NCBI GenBank assembly: GCA_976551045.1 | Contig: CDPCPM010000370.1 | Span: forward strand, 2,852,001 to 2,916,000 | Length of the DNA: 64,000 nt | Origin: Glaucostegus cemiculus | Taxonomy: Eukaryota | Reading direction: 5' to 3' | In this document: piece after piece, positions 13,064 through 26,519 of the stretch | Layout: every line of letters begins with the position of its first letter | Numbering within the stretch: the first letter of the stretch is position 1 | Position numbers and translations under genes: made by a program | The notes under the pieces: model-generated | What the model saw: the letters and a program-made list of their open reading frames with translations, nothing else | What the model was told of the DNA's origin: nothing | Databases searched by the model: none

Positions 13064-13495
13064 GGTCTAGTGGCACAGAGGTACACGGCGGAGTCCGACA
13101 CAACAGCCCCGGAGATATAAAACTGAGCTCTCTTGCTGTCTTTCTGCCAATCAGCGGTAAATCTCTTTGAACACTCTGGGTGCGATTTCATCTTTCCTGA
13201 GCTATACACCCTCAGTAAATATTCTGGAGATTCCCCGCGTTGCTGACGGTACCAAAAAATATCTGTAGTAGCTGCCGTGTAACTACAGTTCAGTGTTATG
13301 CTCTGTCCTTCCTCGACCGTTAACTCCTGAGGTTCCTGGGTCACTGACTCGTCCCCTCTCGTTCCTGCAATAAAAGATAAAATGTATGAATGGACCGAGC
13401 TTGCATTGAGCGTACGAGAAACACACACTCTGCTTTGGCAGAGACTCACCAGGCAGCACGGTCAATATCACCAGTACGAAACAGAGGAAGCACAT
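13064..13495 (-). CDS. TRAV: V segment V5 (subgroup C), intact. Leader 13450-13495, V exon 13064-13364
   Basis: Leader MCFLCFVLVILTVLP; V includes HPECSKRF..YLCATRP. RSS CACACTG at 13057-13063, 23 nt, nonamer at 13025-13033. Confidence 0.92.
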
Positions 13496-13499
13496 GGTG

Positions 13500-13680
13500 T
13501 CTGGATTCGGGCTAGATCGACGGGCAGATCACTTTCAGGAAGTTCATTCCACTTGTCAGATATTGAAGAATGAGGTCAGATCAGCGGCACTTTTCACTTT
13601 GTCTCAGACAGAGGGCGTTGCCCTACTGAAGGATTGGCTGGTCGACGACGGAAACCCGCGGAGCACCAATCAGAATGGGT
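13500..13680 (-). promoter_or_regulatory. Conserved V promoter (representative): CRE-like TGAGGTCA plus two opposed CCAAT boxes
   Basis: TGAGGTCA at 13571-13578, GATTGG at 13632-13637 and CCAATCAG at 13666-13673. The block is conserved upstream of every leader. Confidence 0.7.
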
Positions 13681-14805
13681 ATATCTGCGAGTCTCCGTCT
13701 CTGGCTGTTACCCTTTCTATTTATATGCCGTTCCCCGTTACTTTCTCTCTCTGCCTCTCTTTCTTTCGCTTTATTTCTCTCTCGTCTGTCCCATTTACCT
13801 TTCCTTACAGCAATACCCCGCCTCTCTCTCCTTCCTTCTTCTCCCTGCTCAAATGGCTCTCTCTGCACTTCTATCCCTTTTAGCTCTCCTCACAACGATG
13901 TACCCCACATATCACACGCCCATGCGTCAATCTAATTATATGTTGCATGATCCATTTAACTACATCATGAATATAGATTATAAATAATTAGGACAACATC
14001 AGTCAATCTTCTGGCATCCATTAGTTATGCACCGTCATTCTGGATATCAACCGTTTATTTCCTAATTATTCTTTCCGTAAGTGATCCAATCTCCAAGCCA
14101 TAGAAATAGACGCCACGACAATTTGTATAAACTACTTCAGCAGTCTTCACTGTGACACCTTCTCGAAGGCTTTGAAGAAAAATACAGATGCTTTGGCCCT
14201 TAACGTCCCTTTATCCTCACTGTTACATCCTCAAGAAAGTGCAGAAGTTCATCATAGTCATTTCTAGCAACCTGCTCATCCGGGATATATTTTTGCCGAC
14301 AACAGGAGCGAAAGGGAACATTCAGCTGCCCCACAAATGTCTCGCAAAATTCTTATTTTACCGATGCGTACGACCTGATTTCAAGGACAACTCCTCAGGC
14401 TCAGGTTCCTTTTATTACCCAGCGTCGCCCGTTTAACTGAATCACGTGAACTCGCTGCAACGTGTGGACGATCCTTCCATTTACACGGATAAGCGCGCCC
14501 TCTAGTGAGCACTCGTTGCAACCCCGGGGCAGGAACAGAGCGATCGCATGGCATCTGGTTTCAGACCCGATATAGAGGCAGATTACTTTCAAGGTTTATA
14601 CAAAATGACCGATGACGGAGCATGAGATCAGTTCAGCGGCACCCTTTACTTTGTGAAAGACTGGAGGCGTTTCCCGGCTAGAGGATTGGTTGAAAACTCA
14701 GAACTGAGTCAATCATTGCAGCACTAAAATTTGGATTGAATTTTTCTCTGGCTGTTACTCCTGCTCATTTCATTCCGTTCTCTCTTTCGATCTCTCTCCC
14801 TATTC

Positions 14806-14839
<34 letters not shown>

Positions 14840-15029
14840 CTCTCTCCCCCCACCATTTTTCTCTCTTCAGTCAGAATGGGCCTCAGTTCAATTCGTCTCC
14901 TTTCCTTTATTTGATTTTCATCCCAATTTCTCTCTTTTCCTCTTATTTGCGATCTCTTTCTTGATCTTTCTTTCTGTCTAATCTCTCTCTCATAACCCCT
15001 CCCTCTTTATCCTGCTGACATATTCCTCG

Positions 15030-15625
15030 CTCACATTTCATTGTGTCATGCGCAAGTTCTATTACGTGCTGCAACGAGCCTTCAGCTGAATCATCCATGT
15101 CAATTATGAGTAGTTGAGACAACACCATTGAATTTTGGATCATCCCACGAATTGTTTGTTCTCAATACTATCACACAATTATTTCACACTTCTTGTTTTC
15201 CATTCGTGACCTAATCTCCTTTCCGACCCAATAGACTGCACCAGAAATTTTAACTCTGCAGTAATATTCGGTATGAGATTTTATTTAATGACCTCTTAGC
15301 GAATGTTTTCTTGAAATATACAGACGCTGCTTCCCCAGGTTCCCAGTTTTCCTGATAGTTACATCCCAGAAGATCTGTCACAAAATCGCCAAAGTTGATT
15401 TCAAGCAAAGTTCTCAACAGCAAAATGGTTTTTCGCACAGCAGGGGAAACGGGACCTTCATGTGCCCCGAGAATGCTTTATACAGTTCCTGTTTGTACCT
15501 CAGGGTACAAGTTGAATGCACCAACAGCCCCTCAAGCTTGGGCATCTGTGGTTACCGAGTGCCGCCCACTTCTGTGGACCACGTGACATCCACTCTCATG
15601 TGTTCGCGCCCCTTCCCGATACCAG
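15030..15625 (-). mobile_element. Decayed CR1/L2-clade LINE ORF2 reverse-transcriptase fragment (representative; one per cassette)
   Basis: Translations ASVYFKKTF and IQNSMVLSQLLIIDMDDSAEG..IELAHDTMK resemble the CR1 RT motifs VYLDFQKAFDKV and VPQGSVLGPQLF.IYINDLDEG..ISKFADDTK (motifs recalled from memory, not searched). Confidence 0.75.
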
Positions 15626-16610
15626 GTAATTGCACCCTCTCCTGAGATTTCGTTGCAACCCCCTCGGTTATGAACATATTGTCTGTCTTCAGGCCAGATC
15701 AAAGGCATATTCCTTTAAAGAATGTGATGAAACGACCGATATTTGAAAATATGAACAGACCAGCAGCACACTTACATTTATCTAAGGCTGGCGGCGTTGC
15801 CCTGTTAAAGGCTTCGCCGGGACATCGTAACTGAGCCGATATTCTCATTAATCAGCATGGGCTCTGTGCCAATTTTTCCCTGTTTCCTTTCTTTTATTTT
15901 CCATTCTCTCTATCCATCTCTCTTTCTCTCTATCTATCTGTCTATCTTTCTATCTATTTTCTATCTTTCTATCTATCTACCTATCTGTTTCTCTCTCTGT
16001 CTCTCTCCCTCTCTCCCTTCCGAACAGTCTCCAGCGTTTCTTTCTCTCTCCCTCCAACACATATCCAACTTTCTTTGCCTATCTGTCTGCATCACTCTAT
16101 CCCCCTGCTCCTCAGTGCCTGTTCCCACCCTTCTGTCTCTCGGTGTTTCACGCTGTCTGTCATTGCTGGTGCAGTAAACTCCAATGCGACGTCATCTCCA
16201 TTTCTGGAAGCGCACTGCACTGTATCTCCAGTTTGCCATTCATTTCAATGTTATGTGCTCAAGGAACTCTATAAAAATGATCAAGAACGATTTCCAGCAA
16301 CGTTGTCAGACGCATATAGCGTTGCATGCAAAGGGGGAAAGGGAATATGGAAGTGTGCTGCACATACTTTGTAAAGTTCCTTCTTGTAACCTTCGGTATG
16401 AGTTGAATTCAACAAAAATTCCACACGCTTGTACAGAAGTCTTTGCTGAGCCCAACATTTAAGTGCATCCTCTTAAATGCAATTCGTGACCCCCACTGTT
16501 TCCTGTGTGAACATTTTGCTTACCCTGCAAAGGGCGCCATCTAGTGTGCGCTCATTGTGACACTCACCGCCGGTTTTTGTTTGGACACTCCATCTGCCTG
16601 CACCACTGTG

Positions 16611-17042
16611 GGCTGCGTGGCACAGAGGTACACGGCGGAGTCCGACACAACAGCCCCCGAGATATAAAAGTGAGCTCTCTTGTTGTCTTTCTGCCAATCA
16701 GCAGTCAATCTCTGTGAACACGCTGGAGCCCGTTCAACCTTTCCTGAGCTCGACACCCTCAACAAATATTCTGGAGATTCCCCGCGATGCTGGCTGTACC
16801 AAAAGATATATGCACCAGCTGTCGTGTAACTACAGTTCAGTATTATGCTCTGTCCTTGCTCGGTCGTTATCTCCGGAGGGCCCTGGGTCACTGAGTCTTC
16901 CCCGCTGGTTTCTGCAATAAATGATAAAATGTATGAAGAGCCTGAGCTCGCATTGAGCGTACAGGAAACACACAGGCTTGTTTCGCAGAGACTCACCGGG
17001 CAGCACGGCTAATATAACCAATAAGGAATAGAGGGAGCACAT
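16611..17042 (-). CDS. TRAV: V segment V6 (subgroup A), intact. Leader 16997-17042, V exon 16611-16911
   Basis: Intact frame. RSS CACAGTG at 16604-16610, 23 nt, nonamer at 16572-16580. Confidence 0.92.
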
Positions 17043-19351
17043 GTTGTCTGACTTCGGGCTAGATCGACAGGCAGATTACTTTCAAGAATTTCATTCCACT
17101 TGTTCGATATTGCAGAATGAGGTCAGATCTGCGGCGCTTTTTCACTTTGTCTCAGACAGAGGGCGTTGCCCTGCTGAAGGATTGGCTGGTCGACGACTGA
17201 GCCGAGCGGAGCACCAATCAGAATAGGCATTGGCTCAGTGTGTATCCTTCTGTGGTCGTTCCCCCTTCTATTTATATACTGTTTTCTCTCTCTCGTCTCT
17301 CACTCTCTCTCTCAATCTATCTATCCTTATCGATCTCTATCGCTCTTTCTTTATTTAGCTCTCGTCTCTGCCATCTCCGTTTCTCTCCACATTTCCCCCT
17401 CTCTGATTTTCTCTTTCTCGCTGCTCTAATCTCGCTCTGCACTTCTCCCACGTTTGATCCCTCCATGCAACTTTCAATCCCACATATCAGTCTACCGTGC
17501 TCAAACTCTATTACATATTGCATTATCCATTTTGCTGAGTTATGAACATAATTATAAATGGGTCTCCCTCACTCGCTCTCCTTCGATCTCTCTACTTCAC
17601 TTTCCCTGTCCTGCCACTTCCATTTCCTTCCTGTTTCTCTCTCTCTCTGGCCCTCTCTATCCTTCTTCTGTCTGTTCCAATCAGAGAGGGGTTCATTCCA
17701 ATTTGTCTGGTTTCCTTCAAATTCATCCCTATCTCTCTCTTTTCCTCTTATCCGTTTCTTTCACTTTCTCTTCTCCCTATACGTCTAATTCGTCTCATCC
17801 TCCCTCTTTATCCTTCTCAAATCATCCAAACCCATATATCACTGACTCATGCGCAAATGCTACAACAAGCTGCCAATCATCAACATAGATGATAAGTAGT
17901 TGAGGCAACACCATTGAATTCTGGAGCATCCTACGAGTTATTCGTTCTTAATCCGAAGATCACACAATTATTTCCCACTTTTTGTTTTCCATTCGGGAAC
18001 CAATCGCCTTTCCAAACCAAGAGACACCTCCAGAATTTTTATCACTGCAGCGATTTTCAGTGCAAGACCTGATTTAAAGATTTCCTATCGAATGTATTCT
18101 TGAAACATACGGACGCTTCATCACCAGGTTCCCATTTATCCTGACAGTTGCGTCCTCAAGGAACTGTGACAAAGTGGCCAAGGTCCATTTCCAGCAAAGA
18201 TCTCAACTGCAAAATTATTTTCCCAAGGCGGGTGCAAAGGGACATTCAAAAGTTTCAGGAATGTTGTATAAAGTTCCTGTTTTTGCCTCTGGATACAGGT
18301 GTCATGTGGCCCACTGAAGTGAGCAGTACTGGGTAACCAAAGTACTGCTCACTTCAGTTTAACACGTGACACCCACTGCAATTTGTATTTGTACGCCCTT
18401 CCCCTTACCCCGTAATCGCGCCCTCTAGGGAGCACTCGTTGAAACATCTGGGGAAGGAACAGAAGGAACACACAGTACCTCACTTCAGACCCGCTCAACA
18501 GACAGTTTACTTGAGAGCCAATGTTGAAACTTGACCGATATTGGAGAATGTGAACAGATCAGAGGTACACTTATTTTTGTATAAGGCTGGGGTATCTCCC
18601 TGTGAAAGTATTCACCAGTACATTGTAACTGATCCTGGAGAGGAACGAATCAGAATGGGCTCTGCTCGAATTGCTCTATGGCTGCTTCTCCTTATTTTTC
18701 GTTGTCTCTCTCTCTCTATTTATCTGTTAATCTAACTATCTATCTCGCTCTCTCTCTCGTCCCTTTCTCTCTCTGTCCCTCCAACACACATCAACAATTC
18801 TCTCCCATGTCTATTACTCTCTGTCTGCTTCGCTCTATCACTCTTCACCTCAGTGTCTGCACCCACCTTTCCGTCTCTCTGTCCTTCACGTTCTCCATCC
18901 TACCTGGCGCAGTAACCTCCAATACAACGTCTTATCGAAAGATTTCTGGAAGCGCCACGCACTGCATCTCCAATTTCCCATTGATTACATTGTTGCATCC
19001 TCAACGAACTCTAAAACAAATGATAAAACACGACTTCCAGCAACGGTGTCAGCCGCGTACCGTGTTGTAGACAACAGGACCAAGGGGACATAGTAGACCG
19101 CTGGAACTGCTTTGGAATATTCCTACTTGTAACCATAGGTACGAATTGAATTCAACGACAATTTCTCAAGTTTGGTCGAGAAGTCTGGCTCAGCCCAGAT
19201 CTTGTGCACCCTCTTAAATGAACCACGTGCTCCTCACTTATGCCTCTTTGTCCCTTTCTCTTCCACTGCAATGGGCGCCCTCTAGGGAGCGTCCATTGTC
19301 ACACCCACAGCCGGTTTTTGTCCAGATCCGCAATCTCACTTTAGCAGTGTG

Positions 19352-19780
19352 GGCTCCATGGCACAGAGGTACACGGCCGAGTCAGACACTAGAGTGCCGG
19401 AGATATTCAAATGAGCCCTCTGGTTGTCTTTCTGCAAATCAGCGGTAAACCTCGTTAAACCTGGAGGCCGATGCATCCTCCCTGAGCTATACACAGTCAG
19501 CAAGTATTCAGGAGATTCCCCGCGATGTTGAATGTACCAAAAAATATCTCTACTGGCTCTCGAGTAGCTACAGTGCAGCATTATGGTCTGTCCTTCCTCG
19601 GTCGTTAACTCTGGAGGGTCCTGGGTCACGGAGTCGTCCCCTCTCGTTCCTGCAATAAAGGATAAAATGTATTAATAGCCCAAGCTTGCATTGAGCGTAC
19701 GGGAAACACACAGGCTAGTTTGGCAGAAACTCACTGGGCAGCACGGCCAAGATCACCAGTAGGGAACGGAGGGAACGCAT
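19352..19780 (-). CDS. TRAV: V segment V7 (subgroup B), intact. Leader 19735-19780, V exon 19352-19649
   Basis: Leader MRSLRSLLVILAVLP and an intact V frame. RSS CACACTG at 19345-19351, 23 nt, nonamer at 19313-19321. Confidence 0.9.
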
Positions 19781-22700
19781 GCTGTCTGGCGTCGGGCTAG
19801 ATCGAAAGGCAGATCACTTTCATGAAGTTCATTCCACTTAACCGATATTACAGAATGAGGTCAGATCAGCGGCACTTTCCACTTTGTCTGACACTGGCGG
19901 CTGATTGGTGCCCCGGTAGGCTCGGTCACCTTCCACCCTGTTGAAGGATTGGGTGGGAGATTATTGAGCCTCCTGGAGCACCAATCAGAATGGGCTCTGG
20001 CGCACTCTCGTTCTCTCTGGCTGTTCCTATTTCTTTTTATCTGCCGTTCTCTCTCACGTTCACTCTGACTCTCTTTCTTTCTCCCCCTCTCGCACACATA
20101 TTTCGCATCTCGCTTTCTCTCTAGTTTTTGCTCCCTTTAATTTCGAACGTTCTCGCAGCTCTATTCACTCTCTCTCTCTCTGCTGTTCTCTACCTTTTAT
20201 CCTTCATCGCAATTTGCTGTCCCACATATCACTCCACCGTGCACAAATTCTATTGAATGTTGCAACAGAGAATATAAATGATGACACCACTGACTATGAC
20301 TATAAATGATTACATGCTGTGTAATCCCCCAGTTTTTCATCGTCCATCTGGAAATCACCTATTTATTTCCTATTCCTTGATTCCATCTCCAATCCAATCT
20401 CCCAGCCCTGTGAATAGAGCGCTACCAGAATTTGAACCTTCTGCAGGAGGCTTCAATGGCACAATTTATCGAACGTATTCTAGAAATATACAGACGCTGT
20501 ACGTCTTGACGTCCCTTTATCCTCACTGTTACATCCTCAAGAAACTGCATCAAAGTGATCATAGTCAATTTCTAGCAACGTCCTCAAACCGAATATATCT
20601 TTGCCGACGACTAGTGCAAATCGGGGCACATATGTCTCCCTGAAATGCCTTGCAACATTCTTATTTTACCTACGTGTACGACATGCTTTCAAGGACAACT
20701 CCTCAGACTTAGATGCCTAACAGGAGCTAACCATTTAACTGAACGACGTAAACCTAACTGTTACGTGTGCGCGATCCCTACATTTATCCGGCTCAGAGAG
20801 CCCTATAGTGAGTACTCATTGCAACCGCAGGGGCAGGAAATACAGGAATGCGTGGTGTCTTGTTTGAGGCCGGAACAAAATGCAGATTACTTTAATGAAG
20901 TTAATACCACTTGTCCGAAGTCGGAGAATGAGATCAGTTCACTGGGGGAGTTGCCCTGCTAAAGCATTGGCTGAAAACTCATAACGGGTTTATCATGCCA
21001 CACATCTGAAGATGCTGTGATTGATTTTCATTTTGCTCTGGCTGTGGCTCCTTCTCATTTCATTCCGTTATACATTCTGCGCTGTCTCGCTATATGAAAC
21101 ACCAAACTTTATTTCCTCTGTGTTTTTTGTCTCTACCTCTCTCTGTGTGTCTCTCTCAGCCCTCGGACTCGCACTCCCTAACCCAATCTCCCGCACTCCC
21201 TTTCTCTCTCACACACAAGCACACACACATTCCCTCTCACTCTTTCACGCTCTCTCATTCTTTCTCACCACCCACCCCCCCCCCCGCTATATACTGCTGA
21301 TTCTCCTTCTATTTATATTCAGTTCTCTGTACACAGTTCAGCTCCTCTGTTTTCCTGTCCTTCATATATATCCCCGTCTCTTTTCCCATTATCTACCTGA
21401 TTCTCTTTCTTTCTCTTCCTGTCTGTCCAAACTATCTCATACCCCTTCATCTTTGTCCTCCTCACATCTTTCTAACCCATATATCATTGTATTCTGCGCA
21501 ACTTCTACGACATGCTGAATCATGCATACAGCTAAATCATCGATATATGTTATGAGTAGTTGTGGCAACACCATTGAAACCTGGAGCATCCCATTGGTTA
21601 TTCATTCCCTTTGCGAAGATCACCCATATATTTCCCACTCTTCGTTTTAGTTTTTGAAGCAATATCCTTTTCATGCCAATAGACTGCGCCAGAATATTTA
21701 TCCCTGTTGTAATCCTCAGTATGAGACCTTGTAAATGCTTACTTATACCACGCTTCCTTGAAATATACAGACGCTGCATCTCCAGGTTCCCATTTACCCT
21801 GCCAGTTACATCTTCAAGGAAGTGTCACAAATTAACCAAAGTCCATTTACAGCAAATTTCTCAACTGCAACATGGTTTTCCCCGTAGCGTGGGAAACGGG
21901 GCGTTCAAATGTCGCGGAAATGATTTGTGAAGTTCCTGCTTGTACCTCTGGGCTGCTGTTGAATGCGCCAATAGTTCCTCAAGCATGCGTATTTGGTTAC
22001 CGAGTGACGCCCACGTCAATGGACCGCGTGACACCCACTGCAACGTGTGCGTCCCCCTTCGGGTTGCCCGGTAATCGCTTCCTCCAGTGAGCGCTAGGTG
22101 CAAACATCTCGACCAGGAACAGAAGGAACACATGCTATGTATCTTCATGCCCGAACAACAGCCAGATTACTTTCAAGACATTCATGAAACGTGACCGATT
22201 TTGGAAAAACTATGAACAGATCAGCACCACGCTCAACTTTGTATAAGGCTGGTGGCGTTGCCCTGTTAAAATTCGCCGGTGCATCATGACTGAGCCTACA
22301 GGGGCAGCAATCAGAGTGAGCTCAGCGTGAATTTTTCTCTGGCTGGTTCTCGGTTACTTTATTTTCCAATCTCTCTCTCCCGCCCCCCACCTCTCCTTCC
22401 AAGACGCATCACCTTTCTCTCCTCAATCTATTTTTCCATGACTGCGTCTCCCGATCCCTCTGATCCTCATTGCCATTTCCCTCCCTTCGGTCTCTCAGTC
22501 CAGCACGCTCTCTGTCCTTGCTAGTGCAGTAACATCCAATGCAACGTCTAATCGAATGATTTCTCGAAATACAGCACACTGTGCCTCAAGTTTCTCGTTC
22601 ATTTCACTTTGACATGCTCAAGGAACTGTCTCAGTTGGATCGAAAACGATTTCCAGGAACGTTCTCAGACGAATATCGTGGTGTATGCAACGGTGGAAAG

Positions 22701-22949
22701 GGGATATGGAAGTGTGCCAAACATGCTTTGCAATGTTCCTACTTGTAGCTATCCGAATGAGCTGAATTCAACAACAGTTCCACAAGCTTGGAGAGAGTTT
22801 TTGCTGAGCCCAGCATTTAAGCGCATTCTCTTTAATGCACTTCGTGATTCTCATTGCCTCCTGTGTGGACTTTTCGCTTGTCTGGCAAAAGGCGCCATCT
22901 AGTGTGCGGCCACACACTGCCGGACCCGCCATCGCGCTACAACAGTGTG

Positions 22950-23381
22950 GGTCTAGTGGCACAGAGGTACACGGCGGAGTCCGACACAACAGTCCTAGAG
23001 ATATAAAAGTGACCGCTCTTGCTGTCTTTCTGCCAATCAGCGGTAAAACTCGTTGAACACTCTGGGTGCGGTTCCATCTTTCCTGAGCTATACACACTCA
23101 ACAAATATTCTGGAGATGCCCCGCGATACTGACTGTACCAAAAAATATATGTAGCAGCGGCCGTGTATCTACAGTTCAGTATTATGCTCTGTCCTTCTTC
23201 AGCCGTTAACTCCGGACGGACTTGGGTCACTGTGTCATCCCCTCTCGTTCCTGCAATAAAAGATAAAATTCATGAAGAGCCCGAGCTTCCATTGAGCGTA
23301 CGGGAAACACACAGGCTGGTTTGGCAGAGACTCACCACTCAGCACGGCCAATATCACCAGCAAGAAACAGAAGGAGCACAT
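22950..23381 (-). CDS. TRAV: V segment V8 (subgroup C), open frame but RSS nonamer deleted. Leader 23336-23381, V exon 22950-23250
   Basis: Intact V frame and heptamer (22943-22949). The nonamer is absent because of an 11-nt deletion relative to paralog V13. Confidence 0.85.
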
Positions 23382-24984
23382 GGTGTCTGGATTCGGGCGA
23401 GATCGACAGGAAGATCACTTTCAGTAAGTTCATTCCACTTGACCGATATTGCAGAATGAGGTCAGATCAGCGGCGCTTCTCACTTTGTCTCAGACAGAGG
23501 GCGTTGCTCTGCTGAAGGATTGGCTGGTCGACGACTGAAACTCCCGGAGCACCAATCAGAATGAGCCATATCTAAGATTCTACGTCTCTGTCTGTTACCC
23601 CTTCTATTTATATGCCCTGCTCCTTCACTTTCTCTCTCTGCCTCCCTTTCTTTCGCTTTATTTCGCTCTCGTCTATCCCAATTACCTTTCTTTCCAGCAA
23701 TACCCCGTCTCTCTCTCTCCTTCCTTCTTATCCCTGCTCAAATCGCTGTCTCTGCACTTCTATCTTTTTTTAGCTCTTAAAGCAACAATGTATCCCAACT
23801 ATCACCCGACTATGCGTAAATCTAATGACATGTTGCATGATCCATTTAACAACATCATGCATATAGATTATAAATAATTACGACAACATCAGTGAATCTT
23901 CTGGTATCCACTAGTTATGCACCGTCATGTTGAATATCAACCAGTTATTTCCTACTCATTCTTTCTGTAAGTGATCCAATCTCCTAGCCATAGAAATGGA
24001 TGCCACGAATACTTGTATAAACTACTTCAGCAGTCTTCACTGTGACACCATCTAGAAGGCTTTGAAGAAAAATACAGACGCTGAGGCCCTTAATGTACAT
24101 TAATCCTCACTGTTACATCCTCAAGAAACTGCAGAAGATGATCATGGTCATTTCCAGCAATTGCTCATCCGTGATATATTTTGCCGACAACAGGAGCGAA
24201 AGGGAGCATTCAGCTGCCCGCAAATGCGTCGTGAAATTCTTATTTTACCGATGTGTATGACTTGATTTCAAGTGCAACTCCTCGGGCTCAGGTCCTTTTA
24301 TTACCCAGCGTCGCCCGTTTAACTGAACCACGTGAACTCAATGCAACTTGTGGGCGATCTTTCCATTTACCCGAATAAGCGCGCCCTCTGGTGAGCACTC
24401 GTTGCAACCCCGGGACGGGAACAGAGGGATCGCATGGTATCTGGCTTCAGGCCCGGTCGACAGGCAGGTTTCCATCAAGAACTTGATATAACTCATCCGA
24501 TGCCGCAGATTGTATCAGTTCAGTAGCACCATTAATTTTGTGAAAGACTGGCGGCATTGGCTGAATAGAGGATCGGTTGGAAACGCATACCTGAGTCAAT
24601 CATTCCACTGCTCGGAACATGGTCCAATTGGATTTTTCTCTTATTGTTTCTTCTGCTGATTTCATGCCGTTCCCTCTTTCGATCTCTCTCCCTATGCCAG
24701 TCTCTCTCTTATCTCTATCAGTCTATCTATCTATCTATCTATCTCTCTATCTATCTATCTATCTATACATCTATCTATTTCTTTCTCTCTCCACTATTTC
24801 TCTCTCCAATCAAAATGTGCCTCAGTTCAATTCGTCTTTTTTCCATTATTGCATATTCATCTCCATTTCTCTCCTTTCCACTTATTTGCTGCTCTCTTTC
24901 TTGTTCTTCCTTCCTGCCTAATCTCTCTCTCTCATAACCCCTCCCTCTTTATCCTCCTTACATCTTCCTCACTGATATTTCACT

Positions 24985-25565
24985 GCATCATGCGGAAGTT
25001 CTATTGCAAGCTGCATCGAGCCTTCAGGTGAATCATCCATGTAAATTATGAGTACTTGAAGCAACACCATTGAATTCTGGATCATCCTACGATTTACTTG
25101 TTCTCAATACTATCACAGAATTATTTCACACTATCTGTTTTCCATTCGTAAATCAATCTCCTTTCTAAGCCAATAGACTGCACCTGATTTTTTTATCTCA
25201 GCAGTTATCTTCGGTATGAGACTTTATTAAATGCATTCTTCTCGGATGCTTTCTTGAAATATACAGACGATACTTCCTCGGATTCCCAGTTTTCCTGACA
25301 GTTACGTCCACAAGGATCTGTGACAAAATGGCCAAAGTCGATTTCCAGCAAAGTTCTCAAATGCAAAATCGTATTCCCCACAGGGGAAACGGGACGTTCA
25401 GGTGTCGCGAGAATGTTTTGTAAAGTTCCTGTTTGTACCACTGGGTACAAATTGAATGCACCAACGGTTCCTCAAGCTTGGCCGTCTTCGGTTACCGCGT
25501 GCCGCCCACTTCTGTGGACCACGTGACATCCACTCTCATATGTCGCGCCCCTTCCCGATACCAGG
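24985..25565 (-). mobile_element. Decayed CR1/L2-clade LINE RT fragment
   Basis: SSVYFKK..AFNKVSYRR motif; paralogous to 15030-15625. Confidence 0.72.
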
Positions 25566-26519
25566 TAATTGCGCCCTCTACTGACCTCTCGTTGCAACCA
25601 ACTCGGATAGGAACAGAAGGAACCCATATTACCTGTCTTCAGGCCAGTTCAAAGGCATATTACTTTCAAGAAGCTGATGCAACCTGATCGATATTGGAAA
25701 ATATGAACCGACCAGCAGCACACTTACATTTATCTAAGGCTGGCGGCGTTGCTCGGTTAACGGATTCGCGTGGACATCATAACTGAGCCGATAGGATAAT
25801 TAATCAGAATCGACTCTGCGCCAATTTTTCTCTGTTTCCTTTCTTTTATTTTCCATTCTCTCTATCCATCTCTCTCTCTCTCTCTCTCTCTCGCTCTCTC
25901 TCTCTATCTATCTATCTACCTGTTTCTCTCACTCTCTTTCTCTCCCTTTGCAACAGTCACCTGCGTCTCCTTCTCTGTCCCTCCAACACATATCAGTCTG
26001 CCTCCCTTTTTCCCTCTGCTCCGCAGTTCCTGTTCCCACCCTTCCGTCTCTCAGACCTTCACGCACTCTGTCATTGCTAGTACAATAAACTCCATTGCGA
26101 CATTTTCTCGATTTCTGGAAGTGCACTACACTATCTCCAGTCTGCTATTCCTTTCACTGTTACATGTTCAAGGAACGCCATAAAAATGATCAAAAACGAT
26201 TTCCAGCAACGATGTCAGCCGCATATCGTGTTGTACGCAACGGGGAAAAGGGGATATGGAGGTGTTCAGGACATACTTTGTAAGGTTCCTTCTTGTAACC
26301 TCCGGTATGAATGGAATTCAATAGGAATTCCACAAGTTTGGACGAAAATCTTTGCTGAGCCCAGCATTTAAGTGGACTCTCTTTAATGCAATTCGTGATC
26401 CTCACTGTTTCCTGTGTGAATTGTTTGCTTGCACTGCAAAGGGCGCCATCTCGTGTGCGCTCATTTTACAACTCATAGCCGGTTTTTGTCCAGACCCGCC
26501 ATCGCGATGCAACAGTGTG

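Noticed and set aside
14495-14525. TGCA near the CTCF core as the CTCF upstream (zinc finger 9-11) motif
   Set aside because: Spacing to the core looks too short for the known upstream motif.
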